64,000 bases of DNA from Candidatus Eiseniibacteriota bacterium (lineage in GTDB: Bacteria; Eisenbacteria; RBG-16-71-46), in the NCBI GenBank assembly GCA_044223005.1, contig JBGAML010000010.1, forward strand, positions 64,001 to 128,000, in the 5' to 3' direction. The position numbers and the translations under genes were made by a program. The notes under the pieces were generated by a model, which worked only from the letters and a program-made list of their open reading frames with translations, did no database searches and was not told the origin of the DNA. This document shows, one piece after another, positions 1 to 10,009 of the stretch. Every line of letters begins with the position of its first letter. Within the stretch, counting starts at the first letter, position 1.

Positions 1-53
1 GCGCGCTCCAGCCGGTGCCCGAGAGCGCGCTCGCGCCCGCGACGCGCTGAGCC

Positions 54-1136
54 CTACTCCCAGCCTTCGCGCAGCGCGCGCGCGTACGCGGCCCAGTAAG
101 GGTCGGGCGCGGGCGTGTCGAACGTGAGCACGGCGCCGTCGGGCTCGGCGAGCCACACCTTGCCCGAGCCCTTCATCACCTCGCCGATGTCGGCGGCGAC
201 GATGCCCTCCTCCGCGAGCGCGGCCAGCACCGCCGCCGCGCGGTCCGGCTTCGCACCGACGAGCAGCGCCCCCTCGGCCAGCGTCGTGTAGGGATCCACG
301 CCCAGCACGTCGCACGCCACTCGCACCTCCGGCGCGAGCGGAATCCGCGCCCGCTCGACACGCAGGTCGTGGCCGCACGCCTTCGCCAGTTCCACGAGGC
401 CGCCGAGGACGCCGCCCTCGGTCGCGTCGTGCAGCGCCGTCACGCCGTGTTCGCGCACGCCCGCGCGCAGCGCCGCGCGGCAGTCGGCGACCACGCTCAC
501 CTGGGTCTCCAGCGCGCGCAGCTTCTCGAGGCCCTCGGCGTCGAGCTGCTGTGCGAGCCGCTGCGGGCAGAGCCACGCGGCCACGGCCGCCGTCTCGATC
601 GCGCAGCCCTTGGTGAGGATCACGCGATCGCCCGGCGACGCCATCGCCGGCGTCACGTAGCGGCCCTCGTCGCCGACGCCGATCAGCGTCGCCGCGCCGA
701 GGATGCTCAGGTCGCAGCCCTCGTAGCGCCCGGTGTGCCCGGTGACCACCGCGACGCCGAGCGCCGCCCACTCGTCGCTCATCGCGGTCCAGTAACGCTC
801 GAACGCCTCGTCGCCGAAGTGCGGCGGCAGGTTGAAGTCGATGCTCGCGTAGGCCGGCGGGATGCCCGTGGTCCACAGGTCGGAGGCGATCAGGTGGCAC
901 GCGAGCCGCGCCGAGCGCTCGGGCCCGAGCGCCGGGATCACCGAGAGCGGATCGGTCGTCACCGCCATCACGCGCCCGGCGCCCACCTTCACCACCGCCG
1001 CATCGTGGCCCGCGCGCGGGCCGGCGAGCACCTCGGGACGCTCGGCGCCGAGGCGCGGCGCGATCACGCGCGCGAAGAGCTCGGGCGAGACCTTGCCCAG
1101 CGCGGGACGCGCGGGCGGCGGGAAGGCGTCGGGCAC
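54..1136 (-). CDS. AIR synthase family protein (HypE/ThiL/PurM-like)
   Basis: Motifs GHDAAVV, TTDP, GHTG and ALHDATEGG. Start moved to GTG at 1136, which follows a GGAGG Shine-Dalgarno (SD). Confidence 0.85.
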   Translation of the reverse strand: MPDAFPPPARPALGKVSPELFARVIAPRLGAERPEVLAGPRAGHDAAVVKVGAGRVMAVTTDPLSVIPALGPERSARLACHLIASDLWTTGIPPAYASIDFNLPPHFGDEAFERYWTAMSDEWAALGVAVVTGHTGRYEGCDLSILGAATLIGVGDEGRYVTPAMASPGDRVILTKGCAIETAAVAAWLCPQRLAQQLDAEGLEKLRALETQVSVVADCRAALRAGVREHGVTALHDATEGGVLGGLVELAKACGHDLRVERARIPLAPEVRVACDVLGVDPYTTLAEGALLVGAKPDRAAAVLAALAEEGIVAADIGEVMKGSGKVWLAEPDGAVLTFDTPAPDPYWAAYARALREGWE

Positions 1137-1233
1137 GGCGGACCTCCGGTGGGGATCGAGACGAGCGGCCCGCGCAGGGTAAACGAGGGCGCCCGGGCCG
1201 GCCACGGCCCGGGCGCCTCGCGAGCGAGCGCGG

Positions 1234-2019
1234 CTACGCGGACGGGCTCATGAGCCCGACCTTCGCCCCCTGCGGATCCGCGATCACGGCGATCGTGCCG
1301 CCGCCGTGCACCACGCGCGGCGCCACGAACGACCGCGCGCCCTGCGCGAGCGCCTGCGCGTGCGCCGCGTCGACGTCGGCGACGACGAAGTACGTCAGCC
1401 AGTGCGCGCGCGCCTCGGGCGGCACGTCCGGCGGCATCGGCAGCATGCCCGCGACCGGCCCGTCCGGCAGGCTCCACATCGTGTAGGGCGCGCCGTTGGT
1501 GGCGGGGACTTCCTGCGCGCTCCAGCCGAACACGTCCGCGTAGAAGCGCTTCGCCGGCTCGGGATCGCGCACGTTCAGCTGCTTCCATCCCAGCGCACCG
1601 GGCTCGTTCGCCACGCCGATCCCGGGGAAGCGGCGCGCCTCCCAGAGCTGGAACGTTGCGCCGGACGGATCGGCGGCCGCGACCATGCGGCCGAGGTCGG
1701 CGACGTCGAACGGTCCGGCGATCACGGTGCCGCCGGCGGTCTTCACGCGCGCGGCCGCGGCGTCGGCGTCGGCGACCATGACGTAGTCGCCCCAATGCGG
1801 CGCGGTGCCCTGCGCGCGCATCGCCTCGGAGAGTTCGTAGCCGGCGGCGGTGTCGCGGCCGCCGAGCGAGAAGAGGACGTAGCGTCCGCCATCCATCGGC
1901 GCTTCGCGTGCGCTCCAACCGAGGAGCGAGGCGTAGAAGCGAATCGCGGCGTCGAGGTCGGACGCGACGAGTTCGGGCCAGCCGAAGCGGCCCGGCGTGA
2001 GGCGGGGGTCGGGGGACAT
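1234..2019 (-). CDS. VOC family protein (two glyoxalase/bleomycin-resistance domains)
   Basis: Tandem repeats W.EL..SD...A..FY..L.GW and DP.GA; GAGGAG SD upstream. Confidence 0.9.
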   Translation of the reverse strand: MSPDPRLTPGRFGWPELVASDLDAAIRFYASLLGWSAREAPMDGGRYVLFSLGGRDTAAGYELSEAMRAQGTAPHWGDYVMVADADAAAARVKTAGGTVIAGPFDVADLGRMVAAADPSGATFQLWEARRFPGIGVANEPGALGWKQLNVRDPEPAKRFYADVFGWSAQEVPATNGAPYTMWSLPDGPVAGMLPMPPDVPPEARAHWLTYFVVADVDAAHAQALAQGARSFVAPRVVHGGGTIAVIADPQGAKVGLMSPSA

Positions 2020-2072
2020 GCGTGCTCCTCGTCGAGGGGTTCGGGAGGTCGGCCAGCGGCGCGCACGCTAGC

Positions 2073-2112
2073 AAAAGACGACGGCCCCCGGCGAGCGCCG
2101 GGGGCCGTCGTC
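2073..2112 (-). terminator. Rho-independent terminator of the 2129..5248 gene
   Basis: Perfect inverted repeat GACGACGGCCCCCGGCG/CGCCGGGGGCCGTCGTC (2077-2112) followed by TTTT on the minus strand. Confidence 0.75.
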
Positions 2113-2128
2113 GAACGAACGCCGAGGC

Positions 2129-5100
2129 TCAGCGAACGAGCGCGACCTTGGTCGAGACCTGCCGCGATGCCTGCGACAGCGTCGCCCAGTACATGCCGGG
2201 GCGCACCGACGAGGCATCCAGCGACACCGTGTGATCGCCGCTGCCGAGGTTCGCGAGATCCATCCCCGCGACGCGGCGGCCGGTGACGTCGACGAGGTCG
2301 ATGCGCGCGCCGCCGAGACCGGGCAGCGACACGGCGAACTGCAGCGGACCGTTGCCGCCGTTGGTGATGGAGCGGAGCGCGAAGGCCGCCTGCACCGGCA
2401 CGTCCACCCACACCTGGCCGAGGAACCGCTCGCCCGACGCCGAGGGCAGGCCGATGCGGTACTCGTAGCTGCCACCCGGCTGCGTGGCCTCGTCCGTGTA
2501 CGTGATGAGGCCGCTCGCGTCGGCGCGCACCGAGCCGACGAGCTGGAAGTCGCCCGGCACCGCGCGACGGTAGAGGTTCATCTGCTCGTTCGCGCCGTCG
2601 GCCGAGTACCACGTCATGCGCGGGTGGCCGTTGACGATCTCGGCGCCGACGAGCGCCAGCTCCGTCGCCGTCGCCTGGTCCACCGCGCGCTCGAAGATGC
2701 CGCGGCCGTGGGTGGCGCAGCGCAGGGTGCGGTTCGACGGCTGCAGCGACATGTCGAACACCGACACGACCGGCATGCCGGTCGTGAACGGCGCCCACGT
2801 CACGCCACCGTCGAGGCTCTGGTAGACACCGATGTCGGTGCCGGCCCAGAGGCGGGTCGGCTGCAGGGGGTCGACGACGAAGGCGTTGACCGGCACGTCC
2901 GGCAGGCCGGCGCCCGAAGCCGCCCACGTCGGCGTGCCCGTCATGAGGTTCGTGGTCTTCCACACGTGCTGGCCCGCGGCGACACCGAAGCCGCCGAAGC
3001 AGACGTAGGCGACGTTCGTGTTCGTCGGGTCGATCGCGATGCGGCCCACGTACTTCGTGAGCGGCATGCTCGCGTTCGTCCAGTCGAGCAGCGTGCTGGA
3101 GCCCGTGATCGTGCCCATGATCTTGATGTTCACGGCCGCGCCGGTGGACACGTTGAAGTTGTTCGTGGCCACGAGGCGGACGTTGTCGTTGGTCGCCGCG
3201 ATCGCGACCGCCGAGATCGGCACGCCGGTGCCGTTGATCGGCGCCTGGCTGACCGTCGGGTTGGTCGCGCCGCCGTCGGCCGACCGGTGCAGCCGGTCGG
3301 TGGCGTAGTAGATCGTGTTGAGCGGGCTGCCCGGGCCGCGCACGAGCGGCGCGTAGAAGTTGCAGTACTCGGTCAGCGAGATGTTGTTCGAGCCGTTGCC
3401 GAGGAGCGACCACAGGCCGTCCGACGCGCTCGCGGTCGACGTGACGCGCGCGTACCCGACCAGCGCGGAACGCTGGTTGTAGTACGTGTGGTACATGCGG
3501 ACGTTCGTGTTGTCGACCGCGTTCTGGTCGATCACCGCGAAGCCACCGTCGCCGTAGTCGGCGCGGAACCACGTGCCGGCCGGCTGGTACCACTGCGTGC
3601 CGTTGTCCTGCGTGCCGCCGATCGTGAAGTTCGCATCCAACGGATGGGTGTCGAGGCTCATGTACTGCGACGCGCTGACGCCGGCGTTGATGCTGACCCA
3701 GCTCGCGCCGCCGTTCGTCGACTTGTAGATGCCGCCGTCGTTGCCTTCGTACACGATGTTCGGGTCCGACGGGGCGAACGCGATCGCGTGCGCGTCGGCG
3801 TGCAGGCCGATGTCACCGACGCCCGCGCCGGTGAACGTCGCGCCGCCGTCGATCGAACGCGCGTAGACGCGCGAGCAGGTGCCGTTGCCCGCACCGCCGA
3901 TCAGCACGATGCTCGAGTTCGTCGGGCTGATCGCGACCGGCAGGTCGTAGAAGCACTGGCCGCCGCAGAAGCCGCCACCACCGGTGAGCTTGCCGGACCA
4001 CGTCAGGCCGCCGTCGGTGGACTTGCGGAGGCAGCCGCTCCCCGACGTGCAGCTCGTGCCCGTCGCCGCCTCGCCCGTCGCGACGATCATCGTGGTCACG
4101 CCGGCGACACGCGACACCGCGAACGCGCCGCGCGAGCTCCCGAGCGTGGTCGTGAACGTGTTCGTGAACGTCGGCGTCGCCGCCTTGGCGTTCGTGGTGC
4201 GCCACACGCCGCCGTCGCCGGCGACCGCGTTGCCGTAGATCCAGCACACGATCGTGTTGCCCGTCGCGTCGCCCGGATCGTAGGCCATGTCGGTGACGAT
4301 GCGGTTGCCCGACACGTCCGGCGCGATGCTGCCCAGGTTGACGACCGTCAGCTTGGCGAAGCTCGGGCTGCCCGAGGTCGCGTTGGTCGAGCGGTAGATG
4401 CCGCGCAGCGACGTGATCGGGGGCGTCGAGCCGAACGCCTCGCCGCCGATGCCGCCGATGCCGCTGCTCGTGGAGACGAAGATGGTCGCCGGGTCCGACG
4501 GGTCGACGAGGATCTGCGAGATCGAGCGGCCCGTGAACGTCTTGGCGCCGATCACGTCCGTCGTGGGAGTCGGGTTGAAGGGCCCGTTGAGGATCGGCGA
4601 CGTGTCCGCGTTGTCGATGCGGTAGAGGCCGATGCCGAAGAACGAATCGGCGGAGAGGTTCGCTTCACCGGTGCCGACGTAGAGGATCGAGGGATTCGAC
4701 GGCGCCAGCGCCAGCGAACCGATCGCGAGCGAGGCCGCGCCGTCGAAGATCGGCGTCCACGTCGCGCCGCCGTCGAGCGTGCGCCACACGCCGCCCTGCG
4801 CCGCGCCGATGTAGACGATGTTCGGGTTGGTCGGGTGCACCGCGATCGCCGAGATGCGGCCGCTGATCGAGGTGGACACGGTCGTCGTCTGGCCGTTCGG
4901 GATCGGGAACGGCCCGAGCGCGGTCCAGAAGCCGGTCGCCGCGAAGGGCCCCTGCTTGCCGACCTGGTGCTGCATCTGCGAGATCGCGTCGAGCCGGGCG
5001 CCGAAGGCTTCCGCGAAGCCCTCACCGAGCCGCTGCTCGAAGAACTGGTTGCGCGCCGCCATGTAGGACGCCTTGTCGAGGCCGTTCGCCAGCGCGCCGG

Positions 5101-5248
5101 GCATGTCCGGGTCGTCGTCGACGGGCAGCGACGCCTGGATCGAGACCGGAGGCACCCAAGCGGCCGGGCCACGCGCCGCGAACGACGCGGTCGCGGCCAG
5201 CGACGTCAGGGCGAGGGCGGCGAGGAACATCGCGAGCAGTCGTTTCAT
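2129..5248 (-). CDS. Secreted BNR/Asp-box (VPS10/GH74-like) beta-propeller protein with C-terminal sorting domain
   Basis: Signal peptide; Asp boxes RTLDGGATW, KSTDGGLTW, RSIDGGATF, KSTNGGASW, QSLDGGVTW; GGTQDNG and ATHGRG motifs; C-terminus DVTGRRV...PGMYW. Confidence 0.85.
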   Translation of the reverse strand: MKRLLAMFLAALALTSLAATASFAARGPAAWVPPVSIQASLPVDDDPDMPGALANGLDKASYMAARNQFFEQRLGEGFAEAFGARLDAISQMQHQVGKQGPFAATGFWTALGPFPIPNGQTTTVSTSISGRISAIAVHPTNPNIVYIGAAQGGVWRTLDGGATWTPIFDGAASLAIGSLALAPSNPSILYVGTGEANLSADSFFGIGLYRIDNADTSPILNGPFNPTPTTDVIGAKTFTGRSISQILVDPSDPATIFVSTSSGIGGIGGEAFGSTPPITSLRGIYRSTNATSGSPSFAKLTVVNLGSIAPDVSGNRIVTDMAYDPGDATGNTIVCWIYGNAVAGDGGVWRTTNAKAATPTFTNTFTTTLGSSRGAFAVSRVAGVTTMIVATGEAATGTSCTSGSGCLRKSTDGGLTWSGKLTGGGGFCGGQCFYDLPVAISPTNSSIVLIGGAGNGTCSRVYARSIDGGATFTGAGVGDIGLHADAHAIAFAPSDPNIVYEGNDGGIYKSTNGGASWVSINAGVSASQYMSLDTHPLDANFTIGGTQDNGTQWYQPAGTWFRADYGDGGFAVIDQNAVDNTNVRMYHTYYNQRSALVGYARVTSTASASDGLWSLLGNGSNNISLTEYCNFYAPLVRGPGSPLNTIYYATDRLHRSADGGATNPTVSQAPINGTGVPISAVAIAATNDNVRLVATNNFNVSTGAAVNIKIMGTITGSSTLLDWTNASMPLTKYVGRIAIDPTNTNVAYVCFGGFGVAAGQHVWKTTNLMTGTPTWAASGAGLPDVPVNAFVVDPLQPTRLWAGTDIGVYQSLDGGVTWAPFTTGMPVVSVFDMSLQPSNRTLRCATHGRGIFERAVDQATATELALVGAEIVNGHPRMTWYSADGANEQMNLYRRAVPGDFQLVGSVRADASGLITYTDEATQPGGSYEYRIGLPSASGERFLGQVWVDVPVQAAFALRSITNGGNGPLQFAVSLPGLGGARIDLVDVTGRRVAGMDLANLGSGDHTVSLDASSVRPGMYWATLSQASRQVSTKVALVR

Positions 5249-5523
5249 GGATGCGCTCCAAAGGCAGGGGAAATCAGGGAAGGGCCGGAGTGGGGCTTCG
5301 GCCGGGAGCGAACGTGAAGGCGGAAGGATAGATGCGTGAAAGCCTGACAGAGAACTGAAATCTTCACGAAAACGTCAGCGGCAAGGCGGTTTGCAGGTCG
5401 GGAAGGGGCCGCTCGCGTGCGAATCGACAGGTCCGGCTCGCCTCGCGGGAATCCATTCGCAACAGTGCCCCTCGGATGCCGGGCACCGCCGCCGAATCGC
5501 GAGCCCCCGAGCGTGGCCGAAGG

Positions 5524-6522
5524 TCAGCGCTCGGTCGGCGCCGGGAGCCCGAGCAGCTGCAGCTCGTGCGCGAGCGTCTCGCGCAGGCCCTGCTCGAGCG
5601 GCCGCGCGGACCAGCCGAGCTCGCGCTGCGCCTTGTCCGAACGCCCGAGGTACGTCGCCCCGGCCAGCACGCGCAGGCTCTCAGGATGGTAGTCGCCCGT
5701 GATCGGCAGCACCGCCGCGAGCGGCGCCATGACCGCGGCCAGCGCGCGCAGCACGCCGGGCGCGACCACCCGCGGCCGCGGCACGTTCGTGATGCGCTCG
5801 GCCAGCGCGAGCGCATCCGCCAGCGTGCTCACCGGGCCGGCGAGGTGATAGCACTCGCCGGCGCGCCCACGCTCCATCGCGAGCCGGTGCCCGCGCACGA
5901 CGTCCTCGACATGCGCCCACGCGTACGCCGCACCGCCGGGCACCATCGGGAGCCGGCGCTGCAGGTAGCGCACGAGCGTCGTGCGCACCGTACTGGTGTC
6001 GCCCGGACCGTAGATGAGCCCCGGCTGCACGATCACGAGCGGCAGCCCCGCGCGCATGCGTGGCGCCGCGACTTCGTAGTGGGCGCGCCACTTGCCGCGG
6101 TCGTAGGCGCTCTCGAACGGGCCGTCGAACCGGTACGTCTCGTCGACCACGCGGCCGCGCGTGTTCCCGTGCACGGCGAGCGTGCTGGTGTAGACGCCGC
6201 GCGGGATGCGAAGCGCCTGCATGGCGTCGAGCACGTGGCGTGTGCCGTCGACGTTGATGCGCTCGCCGGCCGCAGCGTCGCGCGCACCGAGCTTGTACCA
6301 GGCCGCGAGGTGGTAGACGCCGTCGCAGCCGGCCATGGGGCCGCGAAGCGTGCCGGGCTCGAGCACGTCGCCGCGATGCACCTCGACGCCGAGCGCGCGC
6401 AGCGCACCGGCGCGCGCGGGGTCGCGCGCGATCGTCACGACCTCGTCGCCGTCGGCGCGCAGCCGCGCCGCCAGCACGCCACCCACGAATCCGGTGGCCC
6501 CGGTGACGAACCAGCGCGCCAT
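5524..6522 (-). CDS. NAD-dependent epimerase/dehydratase (extended SDR, HpnA-like)
   Basis: TGATGFVG Rossmann motif, YHLAA, YDRGK (YxxxK), HVEDV. Confidence 0.88.
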   Translation of the reverse strand: MARWFVTGATGFVGGVLAARLRADGDEVVTIARDPARAGALRALGVEVHRGDVLEPGTLRGPMAGCDGVYHLAAWYKLGARDAAAGERINVDGTRHVLDAMQALRIPRGVYTSTLAVHGNTRGRVVDETYRFDGPFESAYDRGKWRAHYEVAAPRMRAGLPLVIVQPGLIYGPGDTSTVRTTLVRYLQRRLPMVPGGAAYAWAHVEDVVRGHRLAMERGRAGECYHLAGPVSTLADALALAERITNVPRPRVVAPGVLRALAAVMAPLAAVLPITGDYHPESLRVLAGATYLGRSDKAQRELGWSARPLEQGLRETLAHELQLLGLPAPTER

Positions 6523-6586
6523 GCGTCCTCCTCGGGCGGGAGCGTCGCCGCGACCCGGATCGCTCCGGACCGCGGCGCGCGAGGGA

Positions 6587-7087
6587 CTACTGCTCGTCGG
6601 CGCTCGGGCCGTAGAGGCCCGGAACCGGCACGTCGAGCATGCGCAGGTACACGGTCAGCTGCGCGCGGTGGTGCACCATGTGATTGAAGACGAAGCTGCG
6701 CAGCACCGCCGCCTTGGGCATGGTGAAGAACACCTGCTCGCCGTCGCGCATGGTCCACGGCTTGCCGAACGCCGCGTCCTCGGTCTCGAGCAGCGCCTTG
6801 CGCCCGGCGGCGACGTTGCGGTCGAAGAGCGCCAACAGCTCCGCACTCGACCCGGACACCTTGCGCATCTCGCTCATGTCGAACTTGGAGAAGTCGAGCT
6901 CGTCGAGCGTGAGCGTCTCCTTGGCCCAGCCGGGCACCTGCGCCACGTGCTGGGCGAGCGCCAGGAGCGCGAACGACTTGGCGTGCGGCTTCCAGTCGGC
7001 CTTCTCGAACGGCACGCGCTCGAGCACCTTGCGCGTGCCCGCCGTCTCGTGCTCGAACTCCGCCAGGAACACCTGGTTCATCGCCAT
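6587..7087 (-). CDS. DinB family protein
   Basis: Start ATG at 7087 (MAMNQVF) after AAAGGA; motifs WKPHAKS, HVA, NHMVHHRAQL, VPGLYGPSADE. Confidence 0.9.
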   Translation of the reverse strand: MAMNQVFLAEFEHETAGTRKVLERVPFEKADWKPHAKSFALLALAQHVAQVPGWAKETLTLDELDFSKFDMSEMRKVSGSSAELLALFDRNVAAGRKALLETEDAAFGKPWTMRDGEQVFFTMPKAAVLRSFVFNHMVHHRAQLTVYLRMLDVPVPGLYGPSADEQ

Positions 7088-7448
7088 GCTTCGTCCTTTC
7101 CGCGCCGGAGCGCGTGCGGCCGTGGGGCCGCGCAGCGAGGTCGCGGCCGGGACGCGGCGTGCGCCCGGACCGGTCCGTCTCGACGTGCGGGGATGCCGGC
7201 GGGCGCGCGGCGCGGCGGGGATCGTCTCGGCGCGTGCACCCGGCGGAAGCGCGACGTTAGGCCGGCCCGCCGGCGCGCGGCAAGCGCGGATTCTCGCGGC
7301 GACCCTTCCGGGCGACGGACGCGCGCGGACACCCGACGGGCGCGGCCGCACGCGCGGGCGGACGGGCTTCGCTATACTCGTCGCCCGTCGTTCATCCGCC
7401 CGCCGTCTCGCGCCCACCCGATCCGCGGCCGCCCGCACACGAGGACGC

Positions 7449-8201
7449 ATGTTCCGCGACCAGAAGGTCGTCGTCATCATGCCGGCCTACAACTCGGCCC
7501 GGACGCTGCAGCGCACGCACCAGGAGGTGCTGGCGCAGGGCGTGGTCGACCTCGTGATCGTGGTGGACGACGCGAGTCGCGACGAAACCGTCGCGATCGC
7601 GAAGACGCTGCCGCAGACGCGCGTCGAGATCCATCCGAAGAACCGCGGCTACGGCGCCAACCAGAAGACGGCGTACCGGCTCGCGCTGGAAGAACGCGCG
7701 GACATCGTCATCATGGTGCACCCCGACTACCAGTACACGCCGCAGCTGATCCCCGCGATGGCGAGCCTGATCGGCAACGGGCTCTACCCGTGCGTGCTGG
7801 CGTCGCGGATCCTGGGCGGGCAGGCCCGCCGCGGCGGCATGCCGTGGTGGCGCTACGTGTCGAACCGCTTCCTCACGCTCGCGGGCAACGTACTCATGGG
7901 CTCCAAGCTGTCGGAGTTCCACACCGGCTACCGCGCGTTCAGCGCGAAGCTGCTCGCCTCGCTCCCGCTCGATGCGAACTCCGACGACTTCGTGTTCGAC
8001 AACCAGATCCTCGCCGAGATCCTCTGGAAGGACGAGACGATCGCCGAGATCAGCTGCCCGACCAAGTACTTCCCCGAGGCGTCGTCGATCAACTTCGCGC
8101 GCTCGGTCCGCTACGGCTTCGGCTGCCTCGGCACCGCGATGGCGTTCCGCCTCGCGAAGCTGGGCGTGGTGCGCTCGCCGATGTTCCCGCCGCGCGGGTA
8201 G
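7449..8201 (+). CDS. Glycosyltransferase family 2 (DPM-synthase-like)
   Basis: ATG at 7449 after GAGGA; motifs MPAYN, VVDDASRD, NRGYGANQK, HPDYQY, HTGYRAF. Confidence 0.92.
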   Translation: MFRDQKVVVIMPAYNSARTLQRTHQEVLAQGVVDLVIVVDDASRDETVAIAKTLPQTRVEIHPKNRGYGANQKTAYRLALEERADIVIMVHPDYQYTPQLIPAMASLIGNGLYPCVLASRILGGQARRGGMPWWRYVSNRFLTLAGNVLMGSKLSEFHTGYRAFSAKLLASLPLDANSDDFVFDNQILAEILWKDETIAEISCPTKYFPEASSINFARSVRYGFGCLGTAMAFRLAKLGVVRSPMFPPRG

Positions 8202-8207
8202 CGCGCC

Positions 8208-8618
8208 CTACGCCACGCCCAGCGCCGCCCCCGCGTGCCGCCGCGCGTGGCGCAGCAGCGTGCGCACGACGGCGGCGACTTCGCCCAGCTCGAGCGTCTC
8301 GCTCGTCACGATCGCGGTGCACGCGCCGTGCAGCGCGCGGCGCGTCGTGTCGGCGAGCGCACCGGCGACCACCACGAGCGGAACGTCGGGCAGCGCGCGC
8401 CGCACCAGCGTCAGGATCGCGAGGTCCACGGGCAGCTGGTGCCGGAGTTCGTAGACGATCGCGCTCGGCCGCTGCGCCGCGGCCGCTTCGATGAGTTCTT
8501 CCTCGTCGTCGTACGGACGCACCTCGCATCCGATCGAGACGAGGGGATGGGTCACGGATTCGGCGTGGCCCGGGTGGGAGTCGCACACCACCAGCGGATG
8601 ATCGAACGGTCGCCGCAT
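8208..8618 (-). CDS. Stand-alone atypical receiver (CheY-like) domain protein
   Basis: ATG at 8618 after AGGAGG; receiver-like pattern LVVCD...RPSAIVYEL...LPDVPLVVV; Glu at the apparent phospho-acceptor position. Confidence 0.6.
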   Translation of the reverse strand: MRRPFDHPLVVCDSHPGHAESVTHPLVSIGCEVRPYDDEEELIEAAAAQRPSAIVYELRHQLPVDLAILTLVRRALPDVPLVVVAGALADTTRRALHGACTAIVTSETLELGEVAAVVRTLLRHARRHAGAALGVA

Positions 8619-8899
8619 GACCGCCTCCTGCCGCGGAGCATTCGCACGGCGGGGCGCCCGCTCGTGGGGTCGGGCGCGAGGCCGGCGAGCTCCTCCGGCG
8701 AGGCCCAGTGTGCTCCCGCCGGGAACGGAACGCACGCGGATTCCGGCGACGCCGGAAGCCCCGTGGCGCGGCCTCGATGCGCGCTCGGGCCGCGCGCCGC
8801 GGCGGGTCACCTCCCGCCTGCCTCCAATGTGGCAATGCATTCCGGGCGTCCGAGGCGTATCATTTCTGTTTCACCTTCCCGAAACGGAGGCGAACGGCC

Positions 8900-10009
8900 T
8901 TGTTCAAATCGAAACCCGGAAGTACCGCCCGGCTGCTGGAACTCTGCACGGCGTACTTCTTTTCCTATGTAGTCACCGGGCTGCTGGTGAAATGGTTCAC
9001 CGGCGGCCTGCACGAGCCCAGGATGTCGGACGTTGCCTACAGCGTGAACAACACGCTGGGCGGCAACCTGTTGTGCCTCATCGCCGTGTTCGCGCTCGGC
9101 TGGATCCCGTGGCCGGGCAAGCGCGGGGGCAAGTGGCCCCGCGAAACGGGGTACATCCTCGCGTCGGGCGTCTGCACCGCCATCATCATCCCGGGCACGA
9201 CGCTCCTCTACACGCTGCCGATCTCGGTGATGGTCGCCATGGTGATCATGCGCGGCAGCATCATCGTGATCAGCCGGCTGATCGACGCCGTGCAGATCCA
9301 GCAGGGCATCCTGAAGCGCAAGGTCTACGCCGAGGAGAACTGGGCGGTGGCGTTCGCGCTCATGGCCGTGGGCGCGAACCTGCTGCCGGTGCCGCTCGCG
9401 CCGTGGTTCGAGCAGCACACCAGCACCGCGCACGCGCTCGGGATCGACCCGGCCAAGCTGCACGGCGGTTTCGATTTCGTGCACAACGTCTTCGCGATGT
9501 GGGTGCTCGGCGCGTACATCACCGCGTACGCGATCCGGCTCTACCTCATGAACTACTTCAAGAACACGCGCACCGGCCCCGCCGACGTCGACAACCGCGG
9601 CTACTTCGCGCTCGAGCAGCTGAGCGCGAGCCTCGTGATCTTCGCCGCGCTCGGCGTGCTGTGGTGGGGCGTGCGCAACCTCGGCTGGACCGATCCGCAC
9701 CTGCAGATCGCGCACGACACGATCCAGGCGCCGAACGTGTGGGGCGTGCTCTCGGGTATCCCGTTCGGGCTCGTGGCGTTCTTCTCGGTGTTCCTGTTCA
9801 TGTTCCAGGGCCGCACCGCGACGTTCGCCGGGCTCGTGAACCGGCTGACCTCGCTGCTGGCCGGCACCGCGTCGACGCTGCTGCTCGCGTGGTTCTTCCA
9901 CCTGAAGCCGCCGGCGATCACCGACTGGATATCGTTCGGCTTCATCCTCGTCGCGGTCGCGTTCCTCTCGCGCGCCGAACAGCGGCGCACCGCCGAGCCC
10001 ACCACCTGA
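8900..10009 (+). CDS. Multi-pass membrane protein, possibly DMT/EamA-fold transporter
   Basis: TTG at 8900 after GGAGG; about 9-10 hydrophobic segments; coding-like codon usage. Confidence 0.65.
   Translation: MFKSKPGSTARLLELCTAYFFSYVVTGLLVKWFTGGLHEPRMSDVAYSVNNTLGGNLLCLIAVFALGWIPWPGKRGGKWPRETGYILASGVCTAIIIPGTTLLYTLPISVMVAMVIMRGSIIVISRLIDAVQIQQGILKRKVYAEENWAVAFALMAVGANLLPVPLAPWFEQHTSTAHALGIDPAKLHGGFDFVHNVFAMWVLGAYITAYAIRLYLMNYFKNTRTGPADVDNRGYFALEQLSASLVIFAALGVLWWGVRNLGWTDPHLQIAHDTIQAPNVWGVLSGIPFGLVAFFSVFLFMFQGRTATFAGLVNRLTSLLAGTASTLLLAWFFHLKPPAITDWISFGFILVAVAFLSRAEQRRTAEPTT

Noticed and set aside
2231..5317. 1028-aa plus-strand ORF, and similar long ORFs such as 20069..23263 (-), 48845..52537 (-) and 59872..62934 (+)
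   Set aside because: These are antisense shadows of well-supported genes. They are Arg/Ala-rich, lack motifs, and are expected at this GC content.
5379..5395. Sigma54-like CGGCAAGGCGGTTTGCA
   Set aside because: GG-to-GC spacing is 11 rather than 10, and no plus-strand gene follows.
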